Positions 40,385 to 52,961 are shown, counted from the first letter of the whole stretch. The stretch: DNA of 63,852 nt, filler included, from Octopus bimaculoides (GCF_001194135.2; 5 parts of 5 records of this genome joined end to end with filler, not necessarily neighbours in it); one strand, 5' to 3'. The notes: a model not told the origin generated them from the sequence alone. Numbers and translations are program-made.

Positions 40385-40939
40385 AAGAGAGTGAGAGAGA
40401 GAAGGAAGGCAGAGAAAGTGTATGTGTATTAGTGAGTGAATGAGGATTTGTGTGCGAGTGTCGGTACGTGCGTGCGTCATATATATGCATGTGTGTGTGT
40501 AAATCAATATATATATATTATGATTATATACAAGCAGTGCTTTGACGCATTTGTACACACATATGTACATATAGACTCGTACACGCTCATACATATATAC
40601 ACATACAACAGACGATCACAAATACATAAACATACACATACATATATGCGCACACACAATCACACGCGCATGCACACAGAGAAACATACGCAGTTGCCTC
40701 ATGGTACATATGAAATGTTTTATTTGTTGAATGAAAAATGGTTTGCATGACTGTTGATGATATATTCTGTAATATGACATATAGTGTAAATCACAGATAC
40801 ACACACACATACACACACATACACACATAGAAATAAATCACAATACATAGTGATCGTTATCAAACTGTTTGGTATGAGATAACTGATTGTGAAGCTGATA
40901 TACACACCCACACAAACACGCATACACACACACACACAA

Positions 40940-41008
<69 letters not shown>

Positions 41009-41076
41009 NNNNNNNNNNNNNNNNNNNNNNNNNNNNNNNNNNNNNNNNNNNNNNNNNNNNNNNNNNNNNNNNNNNN

Positions 41077-41136
<60 letters not shown>

Positions 41137-41396
41137 GTTATATATATATATATTTACGTATATATATATATTTATATATATATTTATATATATATACATA
41201 TATTTATATATATATATGCATGTATAAATGTATATATATATGTGTGTGTGTGTGTATATACACACAGTTCGTCCTCGGAGAGCGCTTGTAAATCGAAAAC
41301 TCGTAAACAGAAAATAAAACTCGTAAGAGCTCGTAAACCCATAATGCCTCGTAAAGTGAGCTATTACTGTACTCACACACACACAAACACATATAG

Positions 41397-41505
41397 GCGC
41401 AGGTGTGGCTGTTTGTTACGATGTTTGCTTCTGAACTACAAGGTTTCGGGTTCACTCCACTGCGTTTGCACCTTGGGCAAGTGTCTTCTGCTATAGCATC
41501 GGGCT
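41397..41505 (+). mobile_element. SINE family B 5' head fragment
   Basis: gcgcaggtgtggctgt..gggttcactccactgcg..caccttgggcaagtgtcttctgctatagc. Confidence 0.75.
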
Positions 41506-42380
41506 ATACACAAACATACAAAGTTCACATACAAAGTTCACAAACCATAAACTTTATGGCTTGTGAACTTTGTATGTTTGTGTATGCATGCATATGCATG
41601 TGAGCGTGCGCGTGTGTGCACGCATGAACGAGTGTGCGTGTGTGTACGGGCGCACTCGCGGGTGCATGCATGTAAGTAATAGCGTTCTTTTTGTAAAATT
41701 AAAAAAAAAATTTTCGGTTTTTGTAATTGTGAAATTTTTTCGCCATGAACGGTTTGTATTTTTAAACCGAATGTAGTTTTCTGGTGTTATATTTATTTTT
41801 CCTGAATATGTGTAAAAGAATTTTGATTTATTAAGTCTCTTAATGAATTCTTTATACTGAAATATATATTGNNNNNNNNNNNNNNNNNNNNNNNNNNNNN
41901 NNNNNNNNNNNNNNNNNNNNNNNNNNNNNNNNNNNNNNNNNNNNNNNNNNNNNNNNNNNNNNNNNNNNNNNNNNNNNNNNNNNNNNNNNNNNNNNNNNNN
42001 NNNNNNNNNNNNNNNNNNNNNNNNNNNNNNNNNNNNNNNNNNNNNNNNNNNNNNNNNNNNNNNNNNNNNNNNNNNNNNNNNNNNNNNNNNNNNNNNNNNN
42101 NNNNNNNNNNNNNNNNNNNNNNNNNNNNNNNNNNNNNNNNNNNNNNNNNNNNNNNNNNNNNNNNNNNNNNNNNNNNNNNNNNNNNNNNNNNNNNNNNNNN
42201 NNNNNNNNNNNNNNNNNNNNNNNNNNNNNNNNNNNNNNNNNNNNNNNNNNNNNNNNNNNNNNNNNNNNNNNNNNNNNNNNNNNNNNNNNNNNNNNNNNNN
42301 NNNNNNNNNNNNNNNNNNNNNNNNNNNNNNNNNNNNNNNNNNNNNNNNNNNNNNNNNNTATATATATATATACATATACA

Positions 42381-42462
42381 AGGAAAATAAGACAAGGTAG
42401 AATGCTAAAATGTTCTTTATAATAAAATTATTTTAGCATTTTCTACCTTGTCTTATTTTCCT
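42381..42462. repeat. Near-perfect inverted repeat (31/33-bp arms, 18-nt loop)
   Basis: aggaaaataagacaaggtagaatgctaaaat / attttagcattttctaccttgtcttattttcct. Confidence 0.9.
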
Positions 42463-42845
42463 GATACATATCAACTCGTGTGTTCGCTTTCAACCTTCTA
42501 CACACACACACACACACATACACACACACAGATATATGAAGCTAGCTAGCTAGCTAGATACATTTAAGCTTGTGCACGCACGTGTGAAGTTCGAATGTTC
42601 GTGTCTCAGTTTATTATATTTTCTTTAGATGTATTCGCCTTTTGCATGTTGTGGAATTTAAACATTTTGTAATAGCCCCAATTTTCTCCTGCTCTACACT
42701 CATTCCATTATATGAAGAGATATTTGCAATCAAATGAGCTTTTCTCTGCATCCCGTGAACACGCATTTCTCTTTCCTGCCTTTATTTTATATTTTATTTT
42801 TCGTCTATGTATACACACAAACACAAACACACACACACGCACACA

Positions 42846-42916
<71 letters not shown>

Positions 42917-43029
42917 ACATCAAACCCTTCACTTCTGACGATGGGCATTTGTGTTTGAACAATATAAAAGTTACTTTACTTTCTCTTTTCGCATTCTAAG
43001 AAGCTGTTTGTCTTCGTTTTTTGAAATCT

Positions 43030-43094
<65 letters not shown>

Positions 43095-43149
43095 ATGCTG
43101 CTACTACTAATGCAACTACTACTATATACATTTATATTCTTTCATTCTT

Positions 43150-43545
43150 TTACACATTTCAGTCATTTGACTGCGGCCATGCTGGAGCAGTGCCTTAAAT
43201 GGTCTTATTCAAAACAAGCGACCTCAGGACTTATTCNNNNNNNNNNNNNNNNNNNNNNNNNNNNNNNNNNNNNNNNNNNNNNNNNNNNNNNNNNNNNNNN
43301 NNNNNNNNNNNNNNNNNNNNNNNNNNNNNNNNNNNNNNNNNNNNNNNNNNNNNNNNNNNNNNNNNNNNNNNNNNNNNNNNNNNNNNNNNNNNNNNNNNNN
43401 NNNNNNNNNNNNNNNNNNNNNNNNNNNNNNNNNNNNNNNNNNNNNNNNNNNNNNNNNNNNNNNNNNNNNNNNNNNNNNNNNNNNNNNNNNNNNNNNTATA
43501 TATATATGGCGGCTGGTTTCAGTTTCCGTCTACTAAATCCACTGT
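43150..43545 (-). mobile_element. SINE family B spanning a gap
   Basis: cagtcatttgactgcggccatgctggagca before the gap; tttcagtttccgtctactaaatccac after it. Confidence 0.65.
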
Positions 43546-43611
43546 CCCTCTCTCTCTCTTTCTCCCTCCCCTGTCTGTCTGTCTGTCTGTCTCTGTCTTT
43601 GTCTCCTTCTA

Positions 43612-43677
<66 letters not shown>

Positions 43678-44193
43678 GATGTTCCTGTGTGAAGCATAGC
43701 CAATGGCTTTGGTTTTTGTAACAATTATACCAATCTTGCAGTAAATGCACTTATGTCAAATGTATTATCCAGCAGATTGACTGAAGCAAATATTTTCCGA
43801 GAGGAAAACAGAAAGTTTACCTTTAGCTGCTTGCCAAGTGTTTAGCGAACCTTCAAAAGGAAGGCCGCCAGCTCGAATCTTTCGTTGTTTCCCCCCAACT
43901 TATGTAACATTGACTTTGAGAAGTTTATTAGCTTGGAGATGAGTTGGTATTATTTTGTAGTGGAGAGTTTACTTTGCCTATATGTTAGTCGTTTGTCTGA
44001 ACAATTCTTAAATGGAAAATACATAGATACTCGACTTTATTTCATTTTATTATAATCTATTTCATTTTATGTCACTTGATTTAGTTGCATTTCTTTGGAA
44101 AATTCGAAGTCTTTCTGTGTGTAAATAAACTAAGGAGCATATGCTAAATTTCAGTTAATTACTCTAATTATTATTACCAAAAACCAATATATA

Positions 44194-44260
<67 letters not shown>

Positions 44261-44261
44261 G

Positions 44262-44475
44262 CAGCGTGGAAGGTGTTTATAAGCCATTTAAGAAACACAC
44301 AAAAACAGTTGCATTCACTTCAACATTTAAATTTAATTCGCCAAAATATTTTCGTCGCTTTGAGACCGTGACCTGTTCACTGATAAAATCGAGAAAGTAA
44401 CAGTTTGTTCATGAAGTAACTGTTACTTTCTCAGATGCAGCACGGAATTTTTTCAGTGAAAAGGTCGCGGCCTAC
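44262..44475. mobile_element. Penelope-LTR-like remnant with partial inverted copy and central perfect hairpin
   Basis: g(t/c)gacctgttcactga..aa (44367-44388) mirrored by ttttcagtgaaaaggtcgc (44449-44468). Inner 15-bp IR gagaaagtaacagtt (44391-44405) / aactgttactttctc (44418-44432). Abuts (TA)n. Confidence 0.55.
44337..44388 (-). ncRNA. Variant minimal hammerhead-like motif (G3:C8 core)
   Basis: Minus strand reads UUUUAUCA-GUGAACA-G-GUCAC(GGUCUCAAA)GCGAC-GAA-AAUAUU-U-UGGCGAA. Palindromic helix III, stem II 4/5, stem I 6/7 with wobbles. Confidence 0.45.
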
Positions 44476-44590
44476 CAAATGCACTCCCAAGGCTTTAGTC
44501 GACCCGAGGGTATAGTAGAAGACAATTGCCCAAGGTGCTACGCAGTGAGACTGAACCCGGGACCACTTGGTTGGCAAGCAGGTTTCTCAC
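44470..44590 (-). mobile_element. SINE family B head fragment
   Basis: aaggctttagtcgacccgagggtatagtagaagacaattgcccaaggtgctacgcagtgagactgaacccggg. Confidence 0.8.
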
Positions 44591-44623
44591 CGTCTGTCTG
44601 TCTGTCTGTCTCTGTCTTTCTCT

Positions 44624-44660
<37 letters not shown>

Positions 44661-46290
44661 CAAACACAGAGAAATTTAATGCAATTACATTTAAACAGAA
44701 GGACATATTTTTATGACTACATTTAAACTCTCCAAGTAAAACAACATTGATATATTATTTCCGATTAATGAAAACTATGAATAACCATTTACTGTATCTG
44801 TATACAATATAACAACTTTATTTTATATACATTTGACCGAGGTGCCTTATGATAATACTTCCCCTGTTCCATTATAAACTGGTCTGCTAGTAGAGACCCC
44901 CCCACCTATAGTAGTTTGTCACCAAACCCTAAGAAATTTTAAAACTATATCATCTATGTGTACTGTCTATACTGTTTACTCCTTACCCTACAAAGAAAAT
45001 GCCAGTGTCCTCTTAAGCTTTGAACCACTAGGTCTTATAAAATAGTCCATAAATCAGAAACAAAAGAACAAACAAAATTAGTGACAGTTAAAAATCTGCT
45101 TAGAATTATTCACTAGCCTGTATGGTCTGGCTAAGTAAAAATGATTTTTTGTATTCTTCCTTTCTACTTGGAGAGTTTAAATGTTGTTATAAAAATATGT
45201 CCTTCTGTTTAAATGTAATTGTATTAAATTTCTATATCTTTGTGTAGCTGACGATTGCTCTGCATTTTATATTTGATCTAATATTCGCATTGTTAATTAA
45301 ATGGAGTCGCATGAAACGATCGTACTGCATTAACTTTGGACATCCTTGTTGTTTATTTTGACTTTAATCACCTTATTTTGAAACTGTATGGATAATACCA
45401 TACTTTATTCTGGTGCCGAAACTTAAGTACCATATTCACCTGAAGNNNNNNNNNNNNNNNNNNNNNNNNNNNNNNNNNNNNNNNNNNNNNNNNNNNNNNN
45501 NNNNNNNNNNNNNNNNNNNNNNNNNNNNNNNNNNNNNNNNNNNNNNNNNNNNNNNNNNNNNNNNNNNNNNNNNNNNNNNNNNNNNNNNNNNNNNNNNNNN
45601 NNNNNNNNNNNNNNNNNNNNNNNNNNNNNNNNNNNNNNNNNNNNNNNNNNNNNNNNNNNNNNNNNNNNNNNNNNNNNNNTATATATGTATTTATGTATGT
45701 ATATGTATGTATGTATGTATATTTGTTTGTTAGCATGTACGTATGTAGTGTGAGGATAAATATTTCAGGGATATAACGAGAGTACCGGTAGATTATATTC
45801 CTAGTTTTACTAACTTTATCAAGGTACTCTTTGAAATAGAATAAATATTTGTATTGCAAAGAATTATTGCATAAATAATAAATGTTCGAAAGATAACATA
45901 AACATGAAAATGTATAAGATATAACAGAAGATTCTGCCATTAAACTAAGAAATACACGTTTGTTGTATTTCTAAGTCCTGAGGTCGTTAACGGCGAGACG
46001 TCGAAGTGGAAAGAATTCATAGCCGATCTGTTGCTTTTTTTTAGTAAAACCTTTACAATCTTCCGTCATACAGCTTCATTTTGCTTTCAACAAATCAGCT
46101 TTGATGTTCTTAACATTTTACAAAAACAAATACGTAAATAAATAATCACATGTACATTCATACTGATTCGAGCTTAGGCAAGAAATAATGCATACACACA
46201 CACTCACACACTCACACACTCACACACTCACACATATATATATGTATACACACACATACACGCATATATATATATAATATATGCATATAC

Positions 46291-46334
<44 letters not shown>

Positions 46335-46344
46335 TTCTTTTACA

Positions 46345-46520
46345 TTTTACTTGTTTCAGTAATTAGACGGCGGCCATGCAGGGGCACTGCATTGAAAACT
46401 ATTTTGTCGAATAAATCGACCGCAATGATTAATTTTTCCTTTTAACCCTGGTATTTATTCTATCAGTCTCTTTCGCGGAGCCGCCAAGTTGCGGGGACAT
46501 AAACACATCAACACCGGTTG
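46345..46520 (-). mobile_element. SINE family B 3' module
   Basis: ttttacttgtttcagtaattagacggcggccatgcaggggcac..cgccaagttgcggggacataaacacatcaacaccggttgtca. Confidence 0.7.
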
Positions 46521-46559
46521 TCATATATATCTTCTGATCTACTCTGAATAACCTATTCT

Positions 46560-47450
46560 GCTAGTAACCCTTCATTCTTTGGTCGTATCTTACCATCTTT
46601 TTTTCAGTTTCTGCATTACCACTTTCAGGCCCTTTGTTTCAATATTATACTTCCTGTTCAGCGCCCTGTATTTTTATTCGCTTTTAAGCTCCCCCTTTTC
46701 TCTTCGGTCAAACACAGAAATGTCCTTCGAGAGCATATCCAACCCCACCTGTATTCTTCTTTTCTACCATGGATCTTTTTTTTTTGTCACTTCCATTATA
46801 TTTTTTTTCTTGACATCAGTATTCACATTTTCTGCTACAACAAACTTGCTGCCTTGATCAAATTATTTGTTTCTGTGATGTTTTTTGTTCTGATGTATTT
46901 CAGAATTTGATCCACATTTTTCGTTTCTTGGTTCAGTTTCCACCGATCAACCCTTTTCAGGTTGCAAATAATGTCGCTATCGTTTTCCTGTAGCCTTGGC
47001 TTTATTCTGTCGTAGATTGCCTTTTGTCCATCTGTTATATCACCATTAGTTTTATTGTTTCCTTCCAAACCATCTATATGTCTCTCATCGAGAAAGCTAC
47101 CACTGTTCCTTTCGTGTGGTTTATTAGAGATCTCACCTCTGTAATCTCTGCTATGAGATTACTTTTATCAGTAGGAACTGTACTTTCATCGTTTCCTTTG
47201 CTTCTGTTTTCCAATACCCGTTTTTTGATAGCTTCGAGCTCTACTTCTGTGAACCTACGATTTTTTCTCATTGCTCCAGCTTGATCACATAATCTCTGTT
47301 CCGTGACTTAAAACAATCCTCTTTCTCCCTATTGATCATACATACGTTGTCTACGGGGTTGCTCAGGTAGTAACACTCCATAACCACAGCATTGATTTGT
47401 TTGTTCCATCTACGCCGTGTGTGCTGGTTCCTTTCTGGATAACGACAGGC
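46560..47450 (-). mobile_element. 5' (N-terminal) region of an R4/Dong-like LINE ORF
   Basis: RKNRRFTEVELEAIKKRV; LKRVDRWKLNQETKNVDQILKYIRTKNITETNNLIKAASL. I recognise these as typical N-terminal R4/Dong ORF segments. Confidence 0.65.
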
Positions 47451-47479
47451 AGGAGTCGCACAAGCGTTAGAGAAGAAAA

Positions 47480-48480
47480 CAACATAGCATAGTTTGTAAA
47501 AAAAATATTAAAGAACCATTATTATTGGAAGTATGAAGGTCAGGCTTGTATAGAATGAAAGATTGCAAAGATAAAGGACTGTATAAGCAGTTGAGAGTGA
47601 ATGAAACTGAAAATAGGTGGATAAAGAAAAGAATGCATTGACAATTTCATAGGGATGTTGAAAATAAGACAGACAGAGAAAAAAGATGGCTGTCGATGAC
47701 TAAAAATGATTTAAAACCGGAAATGGAGGCTCTAATCTGTACTGCCCAAGAGCAAGCACTAGGAACTAATTACATCAAATACAGAATAGACAACACATCA
47801 GAAAGTGATAAGTGCAGAATTTGTAGAGAAAATGGTGAAACCGTATGGCATATTACCAGTCAATGTACGCCACTAGCCCTGAAAGAATATAAGAGACGTC
47901 ATGACAACATAGCAAGGATTGTCCATTGGACACTTTGCAACAAGTATGGACTTGACAGAACAAAAAAAGTGGTACGAGCCTAAACCCGAAGGTATTATCG
48001 AAAATGGTGATGCAAAGATCCTATGGGATTTTATGATTCAATGCGACCATGAGATAGAGAATAGGAAGCCAGACAGTGTTAATTGAGAAAGAAAGCAAGC
48101 GATGCTGGATCATAGATATAGCATACCCAGCTGACAAGGTATGTGATAAGAAAGAAAGAAAAGTCGATAGATATGACAGGTTAGCTTGGGAAGTTAAGAA
48201 GTTGTGGTCGATGAAAAAGGTGGTAATAATACCAATAATTGTCGGAGCCCTGGGAACTGTGAGTAAAAATTTTGAGAAGTATGTGGAACAAATAGGGGCT
48301 GCAATAAGGGTGGAGCACTCACAGAAAACAGTACTGTTTGGAACCGCTCGAATACTCTGGATGATGTTCGAAAAATAAGAGGTGTTGCCTTAGTTCCCTG
48401 GTGGTGAACAGCTGACACTGTAGTACCTCTCCACCGTTAGAAGCTGTTCCAAGGCAATAAATAATAATAATAATAATAAT
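47480..48480 (+). mobile_element. RLE LINE 3' portion with (AAT)n tail
   Basis: LKPEMEALICTAQEQALGTNY, CRICRENGETVWHITSQC, YKRRHDNIARIVHW, RKPD..CWIIDIAYPAD..KVDRYDRLAWE, IIVGALGTV, QKTVLFGTARIL. Tail 48457-48480. Confidence 0.92.
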
Positions 48481-48481
48481 C

Positions 48482-48687
48482 CTTTCTACTAAAGGCACAA
48501 GGTTGAAATTTGGGGAGAGGGGTGCTAATCGATTACATTAACCACAGTGTTTCACTGCTACTTATTTCATCAACCCCGAAAGGATGAAAGGACAAGTCGA
48601 CCTCAGCGGAATTTGAACACACAAAATAACTGCAGACGAAATACCGCTAAGCATTTCGCTCAACGTGCTAACGATTCCGCCAGCTTA
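48482..48687 (-). mobile_element. SINE family C inserted at the LINE tail, followed by (TAG)n
   Basis: Family core at 48570-48687; (TAG)n at 48692-48800. Confidence 0.85.
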
Positions 48688-48748
48688 ACAATAGTAGTAG
48701 TAGTAATAGTAGTAGTAGTAGTAGTAGTAGTAGTAATAGTAGTAGTAA

Positions 48749-48801
<53 letters not shown>

Positions 48802-48979
48802 ATAACAATAACAATAACAATAATGATGATGATGATAATAATATAGGTATCTTTTATCATACGACTAAGAAGTGAGAAAAGTCACAAGAGATATGCGCAT
48901 TATATTTATATATGTTTGCGTGTGTATGTTAGTGTCTGTACACAACTATAGATATATATGATATATATGATATATACGT

Positions 48980-49010
<31 letters not shown>

Positions 49011-49752
49011 CATATATGTGTGTGTACGTGTGTGTGTATGTGTGCGTGCTTTCGTGTATATATGTGATTGTTGTGCGCGTGGTGCACCTATACTCTGTTA
49101 CTATGTCTTTTATGTACGAAGTAAATGACTAAAATAATCAAAGATGGCGTAGAAATCAATAGAAATAAAATAAAAGGTCGTTTCATCTTGTGCATATGGT
49201 CAATAAATCAGACACGTTAAACGTTTCGTAACCAATGTATTTGGATTGGTAGATCATCAAACGAAATGTTGAAATGTAGAATAAAACAAAAAATAATGGA
49301 AGGGGAATATCGTAAACTAGAATGACAGAAAGTAGCAAAGCATTGTCGTAATAATACAATCTCTTGCAATAAAAATATTACTGCTGTTTCCTAGAAACAG
49401 CAGTGTATAAAGACATGTACGAAGCTAGTTGTATTGAAAGTATTTAGATTATTATATCTTTAACGGAAGATGTCCGTCAATATGTCATATATAATGTATT
49501 TTGATTGAATATAATTGTGCAGAATCTTATCTGTACAGAAGTATAAATGTACACAATTATATATGTACAGAATGTTAGCTGCAAAGAATATAGCTCTACT
49601 GGTTCTTAGCTGTGAAGATTCCTATCCGTACAGAAACTTGGCTGGTACAGAATCATATCTTTAACCCAGAAGGTTAACTAGCCGGGACGAGATAATTAAG
49701 CGTCGCTGTTTGAATGCAGACGATCTGGTACGGCTGAATGGACGTTGAGCCT

Positions 49753-50150
49753 CGTTTGGAGACAGTGCTGTTTAGTGCTTGAGTCAAATACACGCACACA
49801 CGCACACACAAACGCAAGCACATACACACACACACACGCACACGAGTATGTACACGCGCATACACCACATACACACACACACGCACGAATACACACACAC
49901 ACATACACGTACGCGTGTGCAGAAATATATACATGCAGACAGAAGGAGTGGGTTCGTTCGTTCGTCTGGAGATAGTGGTATTTTAGTGCTTGAGTCAAAT
50001 ACGCACACACAAGAATACAGACACCACAAACACACACGCACACAAACTCACACACACGAACACACACCACACACACACACGCTCGCGCGCGAATAGACAT
50101 ATACACATACACGTACTCGAGCTCAGAAATATACACATACAAACAGAAAG
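49753..50150 (+). repeat. ~210-bp tandem duplication with CA-rich body
   Basis: cgt(t/c)tggaga(c/t)agtg..tttagtgcttgagtcaaatac at 49753 and 49963, each ending cagaaatata..acat.caaacagaa.g.gtggg-like. Confidence 0.8.
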
Positions 50151-50694
50151 TGTGGGAGAGAGTGGGAGAAAGTGACATTACAATTTATTTAAGTGAACAC
50201 ACATGACATAAACACTTTCCCTCTCCTCATACACGTAAAGAGAAATAGCTTTACATAGACAAACAGAAGGAAAAGGAGAGGAAGAAAGAGGAAGGAAGGG
50301 AGAGAATATGAGAAACATTAAGACTCTTGATGTCAAATAAGTCAACGTCGACTCAGTGATGCCAAATAGTTGGCGCCAAACTGGCTGTGCCAAACGTCTC
50401 ATACCTGTTGAGAGCGTTATCTGTACAGAATTTTATCTGTGGAGAATATTTAATAGGACTGAATATTAACAGCACAGAATATTAACTGTACGGAATCCTA
50501 TCCGTACAAAATGTTAGCTGTACAAAATCATAGCTGAACTGAATCTTATTTGTACAGAATCTTTGGCGCATGAAGTCTTAGCTACATAGAATTTATGTAT
50601 ACCGGACTTAGCCGTACATTGTCTTAACCATAAGGATCATATCTGTTCTGATATCTTGTGCTCAAAATTTTACCTATAGAGATTTCCCTTTTAC

Positions 50695-50969
50695 TTGTTT
50701 TAGTTATTGGACTGTGGCCAAGCTGGAGGCACCGACGTAGAGTGGTTAATGGAAAAAAATCGACCCAGGAACTAATCTATGAAGTCTGGTACTTATTATA
50801 TCTGTCTATTTGGTCGAACCGCTTAGTTACGGTGCCGTAAACAAACCAACATCGGTTTTCAAAGGGTAGAGGAGACAAATACACAGACACACGCATTCAC
50901 AGACACACTCGCCCCTCTCTCTCCCACACATACACATATACATACACTCACGCACACACACAGATATAT

Positions 50970-51005
<36 letters not shown>

Positions 51006-51180
51006 ACACACATGCATATACAACAGGCTTCCATGTGATTTCCGTGTACCAAATTAACTTGCATGGTATTGGTCGGTCTGGGACTGTTATAAATGATACC
51101 TTCCCGAAGTGCTATGCAGTCAAACTGAACCAGAGACCACGGGATTGTATAGCGAGATTCTTAAATACTAAGCCGTGCCT
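50695..51180 (-). mobile_element. Diverged SINE family B with central CA/TA microsatellite
   Basis: ctgtggccaagctggaggcacc..gaaccgcttagttacggtgccgtaaac, microsatellite, then head fragment to 51180. Confidence 0.65.
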
Positions 51181-51949
51181 CGACAGAATCTTAAACGTAA
51201 TGAATGTCAGTTGTACAGAAATTATCTTCACAGAATCTTATCTTCACAGAATCGTAACTATTTACAAACTCACGATCAAACAGTCTGGTAAAGAAGTTGG
51301 TGTTGTTTTGCGTCGGCGAAATTTGCATTATTTAGTAAAATCGATAAAAATAGGACAGTGAACTTCCCCTCTCCACTCCTTACTCTCCACTCCTTACTCT
51401 CCACTGGACTCCTTTTGTCGATTTTACAGTGTAGATATTAAGCTACAAAAACGTCTTATCTGTACAGAATTTTAGCCGTTGCAGAATATTAGCTATCCAT
51501 CATTTCATCTGTACTGAATATTAGCTGCCCAGAACCTTAACCCTCCTGTATTGATAAAGATGTTGCAATGTTTATTGCCAAATTCCTCTTCTTCAAAAGG
51601 AGGGTGTTTGGAAATGAATTGATAGAACTCAATAACATCGATTTGCATTTACTTATTAACGTTATAAATTCAACCACCTCCGGTAACATCTTTATTCTAT
51701 TAACGTTGATGAATATGCCTACTTGTGTTGCTGATATTATTTAAAATACAATGTGCTAAGTGACCTCACTACATTCACGGTTCGAAAGACTTATTTGTGT
51801 GTACTTGAAGTTTGCTGTAAAACAATATATGTTTGGTCCTGGAGGGTGTTATCCACGTCATGCTTGGCAAAGCATATTGTCTTGTTATCTATTTCTAGAC
51901 TAGTTGCCATGATGTTTTGTCTCATTACTCTTAACAAAATTATTTTTTC

Positions 51950-52135
51950 TTTCTAATTTTGGCACAAAGCCAGTAATTTTGAGCGAAGGGGAAAACAATT
52001 AAACCGGTCCCAGTGCTGAACCTACTCTTATTTTATCGACCCCGACAGAATGAAAAACAGTCGATCTCAGGACGTAGAATAGGCAGACATGACGCTAAGC
52101 ATTTATCCGGCTGGTAACGATTCTTTCAGCTCGAA
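51950..52135 (-). mobile_element. Diverged SINE family C
   Basis: ttttggcacaaagccag..ttttatcgaccccgacagaatgaaa..gctaagcattt. Confidence 0.7.
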
Positions 52136-52179
52136 ACGTTGTCATTGTAAATACTAATGCTTAGTTTATCGTTTATCTT

Positions 52180-52515
52180 TTGTTTGCTTTAGACATAAGG
52201 CTGCGGCCATACTGGGGCACCACCTTGAAGAAATTTATTCGAACGAATCGACCGCAGTACCTATATTTTTTAAAGCTCACTCTCTCCCCCTCTCTCTCTC
52301 TATATATATACACATACATACATACATACATACATACATACATACATACATACATACATACATACATACGGCGGGCTTGTTTCAGTTTCTCTCTGCCAAG
52401 TCTGCACACAAGGCTTTAGTCGGTCATAGGCTGTAGTAGAAGATACTTGTCCAACGTGGAGCGCTTTTGGACTGAACTCGGAGCCAAGTGGTTGGAAGGG
52501 AGGCTTCTTACCACG
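52180..52515 (-). mobile_element. SINE family B with central (TACA)n
   Basis: ctgcggccatactggggcaccacc, (TACA)n, cgggcttgtttcagtttc..aaggctttagtcgg..gcttcttaccac. Confidence 0.8.
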
Positions 52516-52868
52516 TGTTTGCCTATTATTGTGAGATTTTAAAAAAATTTCCGATAGAAATTTCATGACAATGTCTTTAGTTGGTTCATAAGTTTTTAGT
52601 TTTATCAGTAATTGCGTATAATTGATGGGTTAATTAATGTTGATAATGTCTCAGTTAATTTGGCGGCGGAAAATATTTATTGTCTATCGTGAATTCTATG
52701 TTAACAGTTGTGTCTTCGAGCTCTCCTTCAAAACATTCAATGTTTTTTGAGTTATGAATGCTTGAGAATAATGGTAGTGTTAACGGCAGGGAGTGTTTAT
52801 CTGTTGTTAGATCTAGTGTTGTGTATAGTGAGACGGAAAGATAAAAAATGAATAGATAAACAGACGCG

Positions 52869-52960
<92 letters not shown>
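52869..52960. repeat. Perfect (TG)n microsatellite, ~46 units
   Basis: Directly visible. Confidence 0.95.

Positions 52961-52961
<1 letters not shown>

Larger units (their letters stand above)
49507..51540. repeat. Degenerate 16-bp minisatellite (consensus ~GAATCTTAGCTGTACA) in four blocks
   Basis: Blocks at about 49507-49670, 50413-50655, 51183-51262 and 51430-51540. Consecutive units such as gaatattaactgtacg, gaatcctatccgtaca, aaatgttagctgtaca, gaatcttatttgtaca. Confidence 0.8.

Noticed and set aside
49507-51540. CRISPR-like reading of the short periodic repeats
   Set aside because: Units are contiguous and degenerate with no unique spacers, no cas genes, and the context is eukaryotic.
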